64,000 nucleotides of DNA, taken from an uncultured bacterium (GTDB lineage Bacteria > Patescibacteriota > Patescibacteriia > Patescibacteriales > UBA12465). Of this stretch, positions 57,201 to 64,000 are shown one piece after another. The stretch covers positions 150,554-214,553 of the forward strand of contig CALKWQ010000023.1 in assembly GCA_938003925.1 (NCBI GenBank), given 5' to 3'. The position numbers and the translations under genes were made by a program. Numbering within the stretch: position 1 is the first letter of the stretch; every line of letters starts with the position of its first letter. A model generated the notes under the pieces. It had not been told where the DNA came from and did not search any database. It was given only the letters and a program-made list of their open reading frames with translations.

Positions 57201-58259
57201 ACGATGAGAACTTTTCATACTGGTGGTGTAGCTGGACAGGACGATATTACTCAAGGTTTGCCGCGTGTAGAAGAAATATTTGAAGCTAGAAGTCCGAAGA
57301 AAAAGGCGTTAATGTCTGATGTCGCCGGCCAGGTAAAGATTGAATATGCTCAGAAGACGATTAAAGATCAAGACGGCAAAGACATTGTCGTGCCTAATAT
57401 GCAGGCTAAGATTTTAAGCATCATCTATCGTGGTAAGGAGCAGGAAAAATACTATTTCTCTGAAAAGATTAACGAAATGAAATTAGCTTCTGGTGCCACC
57501 GCTAAGGATAAGAAAAAATTATCGGCTGAAGTTTTAGTTAAGGATGGCGATAAGGTAGCAAAAAATACTGAACTTTTCCGAGTGGCCGGCGAAAGCGTAA
57601 AAGCTAAGAGTGCGGGCTTAGTCGTAGTTAATGATAAATTTATTGGCGTTGCTAAAGAGGTGGATAAGATTAAGGAGTTTTCTATCTTGAAGGGCACGAT
57701 GTTAATGGTTAAAGATGGTGATACCGTAGAAAAGGGCACTCAGTTGACCGAGGGTAGTCTGGATTTGCGTGAGCTCTATAAGCTGAAAGGTGAATTAGAG
57801 ACTCAAAAATATATTATTCGGGAAATTCAATATGTTTATTCTTCTCAAGGCCAGCCTTTAAATGATAAACATGTAGAAATTATCGCTAGGCAGATGTTCT
57901 CCCGTTATTTGATTAAGGATCCCGGTGATACTAACATGTTGCCCGGAGAAACAGTTGAGGCTGAAGTTTTTGAACACGCCAATCAGGTAGTTAAAGACCA
58001 CGCCAAGGCCGACCGCTTACTTATGGGCATTACCAAAGCTTCTTTGACGACGGACAGCTTTTTGTCGGCGGCATCTTTCCAGGAGACTCCACGCGTTTTG
58101 ATTGAAGCGGCTGTTAACGGTAAAATTGACTACCTGGAAGGCCTTAAAGAGAATGTTATTATTGGTTGCTTAATTCCGGCTGGTACGGGGTATAAGGGTA
58201 AAAAAGCAAGGGAAGAGTATGAGCAAATTCAACCCCAGGCTACTACCGGCAAGTCTTAG
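54264..58259 (+). CDS. rpoC: DNA-directed RNA polymerase subunit beta'
   Basis: The 1331-aa product has an N-terminal zinc finger CxxC…CxxC. The catalytic NADFDGD motif, bridge helix and trigger loop regions are all present. Confidence 0.98.
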   Translation: MLNPIKTSDFNAIRLKLASPEEILSWSHGEVIRPETINYRTQKPEKDGLFCEKIFGPTKDWECACGKYKKIRYKGIVCDKCGVEVTRSVVRRERMGHINLQIPCTHIWFLRGISSKIGLLLNLGIQSLEKVIYFASFIVTDVDEGLKEAALEQIKSEHKSKRKSIDNEFNQQVKRAQDSRAQLIKDGKSKDDADDEIKEAIKVATKERDEKAENLEEDFIQVTKELKELKPLLILSEHQYQNLSLKFGHLFEAGIGAEAIRHLLERIDLEKSVVKVEEKLKDAVDSKRDKLIKRLKLLKSFRNNNLRPEWMILAVLPVVPPDLRPMVALDGGRFAASDLNDLYRRVINRNNRLKQLIDLNAPEVICRNEKRMLQEAVDALIDNSARHTKTVTASTGQKRQLKSLADGLKGKQGRFRQNLLGKRVDYSGRSVIVVNPKLNLDQCGLPKIMALELFKPFIISQLIKREIVHNVRSASRYIEAGHDEVWDILEETVKEAYVLLNRAPTLHRLGIQAFKPILIEGKAIQIHPLVCTAFNADFDGDQMAVHVPLTKDAKNEAANIMLSSHNLLKPATGDPIVAPAQDIVWGTYYITLEDPAYKDRQNQELKHFYDDSDAMLAYDNGHVALNEPVIIKLGGERIRTTVGRMIFNLILPEKLRYINEVVGKGKLKDLIRECLRLYSEEETVKFIDNLKNKSFSFITKSGLSWGFGDLPTLPEKDRLIDSANKNVDLIQEQYEEGLLTESERYAKVIEEWTNTKDKIADICKKGLLDILPVYSMIDSGARGSWAQPVQILGMKGLVTSPSGAIIELPVKGNFKEGFGVLEYFISTHGVRKGLSDTALRTANAGYLTRRLIDVSQDVIVTEEDCGDKKGVLYTRAETDKTGEDFYKKIIGRYLAQDLQDDKGKVILKAGSLISEDVARDFKAKSVDALYLRSVLSCHLHKGVCAKCYGWDLAYNKEVKLGSAVGIIAAQSIGEPGTQLTMRTFHTGGVAGQDDITQGLPRVEEIFEARSPKKKALMSDVAGQVKIEYAQKTIKDQDGKDIVVPNMQAKILSIIYRGKEQEKYYFSEKINEMKLASGATAKDKKKLSAEVLVKDGDKVAKNTELFRVAGESVKAKSAGLVVVNDKFIGVAKEVDKIKEFSILKGTMLMVKDGDTVEKGTQLTEGSLDLRELYKLKGELETQKYIIREIQYVYSSQGQPLNDKHVEIIARQMFSRYLIKDPGDTNMLPGETVEAEVFEHANQVVKDHAKADRLLMGITKASLTTDSFLSAASFQETPRVLIEAAVNGKIDYLEGLKENVIIGCLIPAGTGYKGKKAREEYEQIQPQATTGKS

Positions 58260-58284
58260 ATTTAACCTTTTAGCAGTTAGTTAA

Positions 58285-58316
58285 AAATCCTTCCTGATAT
58301 GGAAGGATTTTTATTT
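58285..58316 (+). terminator. Rho-independent terminator after rpoC (aaatccttcc-tgatat-ggaaggattt + ttatttttcc)
   Basis: A 10-bp perfect stem is followed by a T-rich tract. Confidence 0.7.
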
Positions 58317-58368
58317 TTCCCTGTTATTTTTATATAAATCTAGTATAATAGAAGTAGCTTGCTAAAGA

Positions 58369-59880
58369 TTGCAGACCAAGAAAAAATCTTCTTTTATGTT
58401 AAAAATAATCAAGAATATCAGAATATTTTGGCTAGCTTTATTGGGATTAATCGTCCTATTTTTTGCTTATCAGTTGGTGTCTCCTACTGGTGCTTGGACT
58501 TGTAGTCAAGATTTTAGTCGCAATTATTACGGACTGTTATCGGGATCGTCTTGTCTCGGCTCCGCCTCACCCTCAGAGCGAGTTGCTCGTAGCCAAAATG
58601 GTTCGCTTTTAGTTTTAGCTGAACCGGTATATTTTTCTGTTTTTAGCCCCAGGGCTTTTAGTAGGGCGGAAGTAGAGATTAGTTATCGCCCCCAATTAAG
58701 TTCAGCCACTCCTATTTTTGAAGCCGGTTTTTTGGCCGATAAAAAATTATGGCGTTATCAGTTACAGCCGGTTTATAATTTATGGTTAGAGCGGGGTCTA
58801 GCTGGTTGGCATGAAGTGGCTGACGGCAATCTACGCTTGTGGCAGCGTCAGCCAAAATTTGATTCCATCTCAGATTTTTTATCAACTTGGCGGCGGGCGG
58901 GCGTATGCACTTCAGGCAGCTGTTTAGCAGTATATAACCTTGATTTAACTCAGATGCCACCGGCACTCAATTTAGCCAATTTAAATCAAGTTAAGACTGA
59001 CAGTATATTTCCTTATGCTTTGCGTGGTGCTCATCAATTTTATCTCTACTCGCCAGACGGACAATTAGAGCTTAGTGGATCAATCCAAGATTTGAATAAT
59101 AATAAAGATCGGGATGACGCTGAAATTTTGGTCTTTGCCGGACAACATCAAATTGCTCAAGTTAGTCTACCTGACCAACGCCCAGAATTAGAGGAGAGTG
59201 GCAATATTAGTTCGGCTCAAGCCTTTAAGCTCAGTAAAGAAGACTTGAATCCTGGTCTATATCGAGTAGAATTTAAGGCTGGAGACGATCTGATTTTAGC
59301 CTCTTTTCGCTCCGCTTCGATTTATTTGTCGGCTATCAATAAAGTCTGGCCTGTTACTGACGGCCCAGTTTCTTTGTTAACCGATGCTAGCTATTTGCAA
59401 CTCAAAGCAGTGGACCCGGTGGCTTTGCAGACAGTAGTTTTAGGTCAAGCTAGTTTGGAGATGAAAGAGATCTATCGCCAGTATGAATTACGTCATCGTG
59501 TTAATGGTGTTCAAGCCGTTACTTTAGAGCGGGGCGGGGTAGTATTAGAGAATAACGGCGTTTTTGCTGGTAGCGCTGAATCTTTATTAAATCCAGATTA
59601 TCCGCGCTTTGATCGTTTTGCGCCCTTAGCAGAACAGTTGGATTTTGTTTTGGCTGAGTATAATCTATCTAGCGTTGGTGAGGACGGCTGGCTGACTTCT
59701 TCTTTGGACTTTGCTGTTAGTGATTTTTATCGCGAAAACGGCCGTTACAGCCTAATTTTATCAGTTCCAGGTTTAAATTTGGATAATGGTGCTGGTGGCT
59801 TGATTGAAATTAAGGAGATTAGAGTTAGGTTTTATGGTAAAAGCTTATGGGAAAAATTACGTGAACTGGTTCTTAATTAA
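58369..59880 (+). CDS. Hypothetical secreted or membrane-anchored protein (503 aa)
   Basis: It has an N-terminal TM/signal anchor (IFWLALLGLIVLFFAY) followed by a large extracytoplasmic domain with two Cys pairs. No motif was recognised. Confidence 0.45.
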   Translation: MQTKKKSSFMLKIIKNIRIFWLALLGLIVLFFAYQLVSPTGAWTCSQDFSRNYYGLLSGSSCLGSASPSERVARSQNGSLLVLAEPVYFSVFSPRAFSRAEVEISYRPQLSSATPIFEAGFLADKKLWRYQLQPVYNLWLERGLAGWHEVADGNLRLWQRQPKFDSISDFLSTWRRAGVCTSGSCLAVYNLDLTQMPPALNLANLNQVKTDSIFPYALRGAHQFYLYSPDGQLELSGSIQDLNNNKDRDDAEILVFAGQHQIAQVSLPDQRPELEESGNISSAQAFKLSKEDLNPGLYRVEFKAGDDLILASFRSASIYLSAINKVWPVTDGPVSLLTDASYLQLKAVDPVALQTVVLGQASLEMKEIYRQYELRHRVNGVQAVTLERGGVVLENNGVFAGSAESLLNPDYPRFDRFAPLAEQLDFVLAEYNLSSVGEDGWLTSSLDFAVSDFYRENGRYSLILSVPGLNLDNGAGGLIEIKEIRVRFYGKSLWEKLRELVLN

Positions 59881-59889
59881 ATAAATTTC

Positions 59890-60096
59890 ATGACTGAAAA
59901 AAAACGAGACATTTCTAGATCAGTGGTAGCGCTTTTAATGAAAGAGGCCGTTTATTTTTTAAGTGGTCTTTTATTGTTAGGAGCAGTTTGTGAACTTATT
60001 TTTCCCGGTCTTTTTTTGCTATATTTTAATGTGGCTTTAGTCGCTGGTTTGTGGTTAGTGGCGATTTTAGCTTGCCTACTTTATGTACGCCGGTAA
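59890..60096 (+). CDS. Hypothetical small membrane protein (68 aa, 2 TM) overlapping the start of the downstream GT2 gene
   Basis: It has two hydrophobic helices. It lies 10 nt after the previous gene and overlaps the next by 14 nt. Confidence 0.4.
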   Translation: MTEKKRDISRSVVALLMKEAVYFLSGLLLLGAVCELIFPGLFLLYFNVALVAGLWLVAILACLLYVRR

Positions 60097-60796
60097 TAAG
60101 ATTGTTGTAGTATTGCCAGCCTATAATGCCGTCGCTACTCTAGAGCGCACCGTGGCTGATTTACCATCGCTGGTTGATGAAATTATTTTAGTTGATGACG
60201 GAAGCCATGATCAGACTGCCGAGTTAGCCGCTAGACTGGGATTAATTGTTTTTCGCCATGAGCGTAATTTAGGTTACGGTGCTAACCAAAAAACTTGTTA
60301 TCATTTAGCCTTAAAACGAGGAGCCGATATTGTGGTTATGGTTCATCCAGATTATCAATATGATCCGCGTCTGGTATCTTATTTTGTAACTTTTATCGCT
60401 GATGGTTATTTCGATGTTATGTTAGGATCGCGTATTCGCAGTCGCCAAGAAGCCCTGGCCGGCGGTATGCCACGCTACAAATATTATGCCAATCGTTTTT
60501 TAACATTAGTTGAGAATTTGGTTAGTGGACAGAACCTCTCGGAGTGGCATACGGGCATGAGGGCTTATTCGCGTCAGGCGTTGGAGAGTTTAAATTTAAG
60601 CCAAACTAGTGATGATTTTGTTTTTGATTCTCAAATATTATTTCAATTAGTTTCTAGAAAGTGGCGTTTAGGCGAGATTCCCGTGCCGGTGCGCTATTTT
60701 CCCGAAGCCTCATCTATTAACTGGCGTCGTAGTTTGCGTTACGGTTTTAGCACTTTAATTATAGCCGTCGCTTATTGGTTCGGTTATCGTCCTTAG
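60083..60796 (+). CDS. Family 2 glycosyltransferase (DPM1/polyprenyl-phosphate sugar synthase-like)
   Basis: The N-terminal [16 protein letters not shown] (DxD-like) and [11 protein letters not shown] are typical of GT-A GT2 enzymes that transfer sugar to a lipid carrier. Confidence 0.75.
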   Translation: MYAGNKIVVVLPAYNAVATLERTVADLPSLVDEIILVDDGSHDQTAELAARLGLIVFRHERNLGYGANQKTCYHLALKRGADIVVMVHPDYQYDPRLVSYFVTFIADGYFDVMLGSRIRSRQEALAGGMPRYKYYANRFLTLVENLVSGQNLSEWHTGMRAYSRQALESLNLSQTSDDFVFDSQILFQLVSRKWRLGEIPVPVRYFPEASSINWRRSLRYGFSTLIIAVAYWFGYRP

Positions 60797-60799
60797 TTT

Positions 60800-62383
60800 A
60801 TGAATTTTCTGCATAAGTTTAATTTCAAAACAACTTATCAGTGGCGCCAATGGCATGCCTATTTTTTAATCGCCCTAGCAGCGGTCATTGTTTATGGGCA
60901 GAGCTTATTTTTTGATTATAGCTATTTTGACGATCAGCAATTGATTTTAGAAAATGCTGCTATTTTGGAGCGAGCGGAACCGGCAGAAATATTCTTTAAT
61001 GATGTTTTTTTCGGGCAAAATAAATTTTATTATCGCCCTTTGCTAACTTGGTCTTTAGTCTGGGACTGGCACTGGGGAGGGGGAACGGTTTTTGCTTTCC
61101 ATTTTAGTAATATCATTTTTCATTTTCTGGCTGCCAGTTTATTATTTTACCTATTACGTTTAATTTTCGTTAAGGCAGACTCGGCATTAGTTTTAACTTT
61201 GATTTTTACTGTGCACCCGGCGTTGACACAGGCGGTGGCCTGGATACCTGGCCGCAATGATGTTTTGGCGGCCATCTTTATCTTTAGCGCTCTGATTTTT
61301 TTATCACGCTGGTTTCGCAGAGAACGTCTTTTAGATTTGATTTGTTTATGGTTATTTTTTTTGTTAGCCTTGTTTACCAAAGAAACCACAGCTTTATTAC
61401 CATTTCTGGCTTTACTCTGGGTGATAGTATTTGAGCGTCAGCATTTTACTTGGTTTAAATTAGGATTAAGCGCGGCTGGAGCGACAGTCGCCGGCATTAT
61501 CTGGTATTTAGCTCGTTTAGCTGCTCTGGGGCCTACTGTTAGCGGCTCAATTTGGTCTTCTTTGTTAACTAGTTTGACTACTCCGGTTGTTTTCTTGGGT
61601 AAAGTTTTTTTCCCTGTTAATTTGTCAGTTTATCCCGTAGCTCAAGATGTGATTTGGTTTTATGGAATTTTAGCTGTCATCTTATTAGCGTTTTTATTCT
61701 ATAGTGCTCGCGTTAAAAAATATGGTCCTTCTCTGTTTGGCTTACTGTGGTTCTGGTTTTTTATCATGTTAGGGTCTTCGCGCCCCGATGGTGATATTTT
61801 TCGTAATTTTATGGAGCATCGGCTGTATGTGCCTATGCTGGGCTTATTAATTGTGTTAGCGGAGACTGATAATTTTTGGCGTCATTGGCCACTGCAGCGC
61901 CGTCGGCAACTATTGGCGGCTCTGCTGTTTTTATTATCATTTCTAGCTTGGAGGCATAGCAATAATTTCCGTGATCGTTTCAGTTTTTGGCAACAGGCAA
62001 CTGAGAGCTCTCCTCACGCAGCTTTAGCTTGGCGTAATTTGGGGGCAATGCATTATCTGGACGGAGATTTGGCCAAGGCTGAAAATTATTTTCGCCAATC
62101 TCTATTGCTTAACGACCAAGAACCGATGGCGCATAATAATTTAGCGGTGGTTTATCTTGATCGGGGTGATTTATGGCGAGCAGAAGCAGAATTGAAAAAA
62201 GAACTGGCAATTAATCCCGGTTACGATTTAGCTTTATATAATCTGGGAAGGGTGTATTATGAAAAGCAGCGCTATTTAGAAGCAGCTTCGTTGTGGCGAG
62301 AGGTTTTACGAGTTAACCCTTACCATCAAGCAGCTGCGCAGAAATTGCAAGCAGTACAACTAAAAATTCAGACTCAAAACTAA
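60800..62383 (+). CDS. Polytopic membrane protein with C-terminal TPR repeats. It is probably a GT-C-like (PMT/ArnT-like) glycosyltransferase that uses a lipid-linked sugar donor.
   Basis: It has about 10 TM helices followed by TPR-like repeats (…AWRNLGAMHYLDGDLAKAENYFRQSL…AHNNLAVVYLDRGDLWRAE…). It is adjacent to the GT2 polyprenyl-phosphate glycosyltransferase. Confidence 0.5.
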   Translation: MNFLHKFNFKTTYQWRQWHAYFLIALAAVIVYGQSLFFDYSYFDDQQLILENAAILERAEPAEIFFNDVFFGQNKFYYRPLLTWSLVWDWHWGGGTVFAFHFSNIIFHFLAASLLFYLLRLIFVKADSALVLTLIFTVHPALTQAVAWIPGRNDVLAAIFIFSALIFLSRWFRRERLLDLICLWLFFLLALFTKETTALLPFLALLWVIVFERQHFTWFKLGLSAAGATVAGIIWYLARLAALGPTVSGSIWSSLLTSLTTPVVFLGKVFFPVNLSVYPVAQDVIWFYGILAVILLAFLFYSARVKKYGPSLFGLLWFWFFIMLGSSRPDGDIFRNFMEHRLYVPMLGLLIVLAETDNFWRHWPLQRRRQLLAALLFLLSFLAWRHSNNFRDRFSFWQQATESSPHAALAWRNLGAMHYLDGDLAKAENYFRQSLLLNDQEPMAHNNLAVVYLDRGDLWRAEAELKKELAINPGYDLALYNLGRVYYEKQRYLEAASLWREVLRVNPYHQAAAQKLQAVQLKIQTQN

Positions 62384-62391
62384 TTTAAATT

Positions 62392-64000
62392 ATGTCTTAT
62401 TTACTAAGATTAGCTAATAATCCCATTAAAAGTATTACGGCCGCCGCAGCTCTAGTCGCTTTATTTTCGATTGCCTCTCGTTTTTTAGGGGTGGTCAGGG
62501 ATCATATTTTAGCGGGGGCTTTTGGCGCAGGAGTGGAGCTGGATGTTTATTATGCCGCTTTTCGAGTACCGGATTTTATCTACAATCTAGTGGTGCTGGG
62601 GGCTTTGTCGGCCGGTTTTATTCCTGTTTTTTCGGAGATGATTAAACGCGCGGAGATTAATCCGAGCGACAAAGAAAAGTTACGCCTGTTGGCCAGTAAT
62701 GTTTTTAATGCCCTACTGTTGTTATTATTAATTTTATCAGTGATAGGTATTATTTTTGCTCAACCTTTAACAGCTTGGATTGCTCCTGGTTTTAGTCCTA
62801 AAGTGCAAGCAGACACCGTTGCTTTGACGAGGATTATGTTTTTATCGCCTTTATTTTTAGGAATGTCCGGGGTACTGGGCGGAATTTTACAAAGTTATAA
62901 GCGTTTTTTTGTTTATTCCTTGTCGCCTATCTTCTATAACTTAGGCATTATTTTTGGCGCCTTATTTTTAGTAGAACCCTTTGGTTTAACTGGCCTGGCT
63001 TGGGGGGTAGTGTTAGGGGCGGCGCTACACTTTGCGGTGCAGTTACCCTCGGTTTATCACTTAGGTTTTGCTTATCGTTTTTACTTGGATTTACGTAATC
63101 GCGGTTTACGCCAAATTGCCGGTATGATGGGTCCGCGCACTTTGTCTCTCGCTGTTTCTCAAGTTAACTTGGTGGCTATGACTGCTTTGGCCTCCTCGCT
63201 TGATAGCGGTTCTTTGGCAATTTTTAATTTAGCTAATAATTTGCAGTCTTTTCCGATGGGGGTATTTGGCGTTTCTTTCGCGGTAGCGGCTTTCCCGTTC
63301 TTATCGGAAAATGCCTATAAGCCAGAGGAGTTAAAAGCCAGATTTTCTTCTACCATGAGGCAAATATTATTTTTCATTATTCCTGCGTCGGTTCTATTAA
63401 TTACTTTACGTGCTCAAATTATTCGCGTTATTTTTGGGAGCGGTGCTTTTAGTTGGCGTGATACAGTTTTGACTATGGATACTTTAGGTTTTTTTGCTCT
63501 TAGCTTATTTGCTCAGGCCACTATTCCTTTATTGGTGAGAGTTTTTTATGCTCGTCGCGATTCTTGGACTCCTTTTTATCTAGGTTTGTTTTCGGTTGTA
63601 GTTAATATTATTTTAGCTATATATTTACGACTTCAGTTAGGAGTTGCTGGCTTAGCTTTAGCTTTCTCTATCGCCAGTATTATTAATTTCTTGAGTCTTT
63701 GGTTGTGGCTGTATTTTCGGGTTGGCTCTTTAGATTTAGATAAGATTTTTAATTCGGTTATCAAGTTTGCTGCTGCTGCTATCGGAGCTGGGGCAGTGGT
63801 ACAAATTCTAAAAGTCGCTATCTGGCCATTTATTAATATGGAAACCTTTGCCGGTGTTTTTACTCAGCTCTTAGTGGCTGGCGGCGGCGGTGTACTGGCT
63901 TATGTCTTTTTCTGTTATCTGTTTAAGAGCGAAGAGCTATTGGCTGCCTGGGTGATACTGAGACGTCGTCTGCCCTGGAAAAAGGCTAATTTAGCCGATC
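62392..64000 (+). CDS. murJ: Lipid II flippase MurJ (MviN), 3'-truncated by the window edge
   Basis: The N-terminal ASRFLGVVRDHILAGAFGAGVELDVYYAAFRVPDF is characteristic of MurJ. The open frame continues with multiple TM helices to the end of the window. Confidence 0.85.
   Translation, partial: MSYLLRLANNPIKSITAAAALVALFSIASRFLGVVRDHILAGAFGAGVELDVYYAAFRVPDFIYNLVVLGALSAGFIPVFSEMIKRAEINPSDKEKLRLLASNVFNALLLLLLILSVIGIIFAQPLTAWIAPGFSPKVQADTVALTRIMFLSPLFLGMSGVLGGILQSYKRFFVYSLSPIFYNLGIIFGALFLVEPFGLTGLAWGVVLGAALHFAVQLPSVYHLGFAYRFYLDLRNRGLRQIAGMMGPRTLSLAVSQVNLVAMTALASSLDSGSLAIFNLANNLQSFPMGVFGVSFAVAAFPFLSENAYKPEELKARFSSTMRQILFFIIPASVLLITLRAQIIRVIFGSGAFSWRDTVLTMDTLGFFALSLFAQATIPLLVRVFYARRDSWTPFYLGLFSVVVNIILAIYLRLQLGVAGLALAFSIASIINFLSLWLWLYFRVGSLDLDKIFNSVIKFAAAAIGAGAVVQILKVAIWPFINMETFAGVFTQLLVAGGGGVLAYVFFCYLFKSEELLAAWVILRRRLPWKKANLAD

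Noticed and set aside
61147-61389. An 80-aa minus-strand ORF inside the TPR membrane protein gene
   Set aside because: It is antisense to a long, well-structured membrane protein ORF. Its basic low-complexity content is typical of antisense artefacts.

Overview
This is a gene-dense bacterial chromosomal segment of about 42% GC with short intergenic regions and several overlapping or tightly coupled genes. Several features together suggest a small-genome, host-attached lineage of the Patescibacteria/CPR type: short proteins with low-complexity tails, an archaeal-type amino-acid-kinase-family UMP-kinase-like gene, a GH57 enzyme, a lone PilT, RNase Y, and a 23S-5S rRNA unit with no 16S upstream. 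That assignment is an inference; no database search was possible. On the + strand the window opens with the end of ftsH, followed by rpmF, nusB, rnc and pilT. Next comes a 23S-5S rRNA unit preceded by a textbook sigma70 promoter, a leader hairpin and a boxA-like element. After that are a GlmM/ManB-type phosphohexomutase, a membrane protein (- strand), a GlmU-N-terminal-like nucleotidyltransferase and recA. A UMP-kinase-like gene follows, then adk (- strand), three tRNAs (Lys, Met/Ile2-CAU, Arg), HU, RNase Y, infB-rbfA-nrnA, trmD-khpA-rpsP, and pnp-NYN-rpsO-rpsT (- strand). Further on are a VanW-like gene, tRNA-Pro, an HTH protein, and a tRNA cluster of tRNA-Ile(GAU), initiator tRNA-fMet and a tRNA-Phe(GAA) gene split by a 249-nt group I intron. 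holA-murI-murD-polA (- strand) is followed by a 560-nt structured intergenic region that probably encodes an ncRNA with RNase P-RNA-like motifs. The remainder holds a CaCA-family antiporter, tRNA-Ala, a LysM/M23 peptidase, gpmA, a SIS-domain protein, yebC-ruvC, and an alpha-glucan module (glgA - GH57 - APH-fold kinase - glgA) plus a CDF transporter. It ends with ftsK, a MurE-like ligase, rpoB-rpoC, a putative envelope-glycosylation locus (secreted protein, GT2, PMT/TPR membrane protein) and the start of murJ. No CRISPR array, transposase or integrase was seen. All calls rest on reading the translated ORFs and the raw sequence; no alignments were run.
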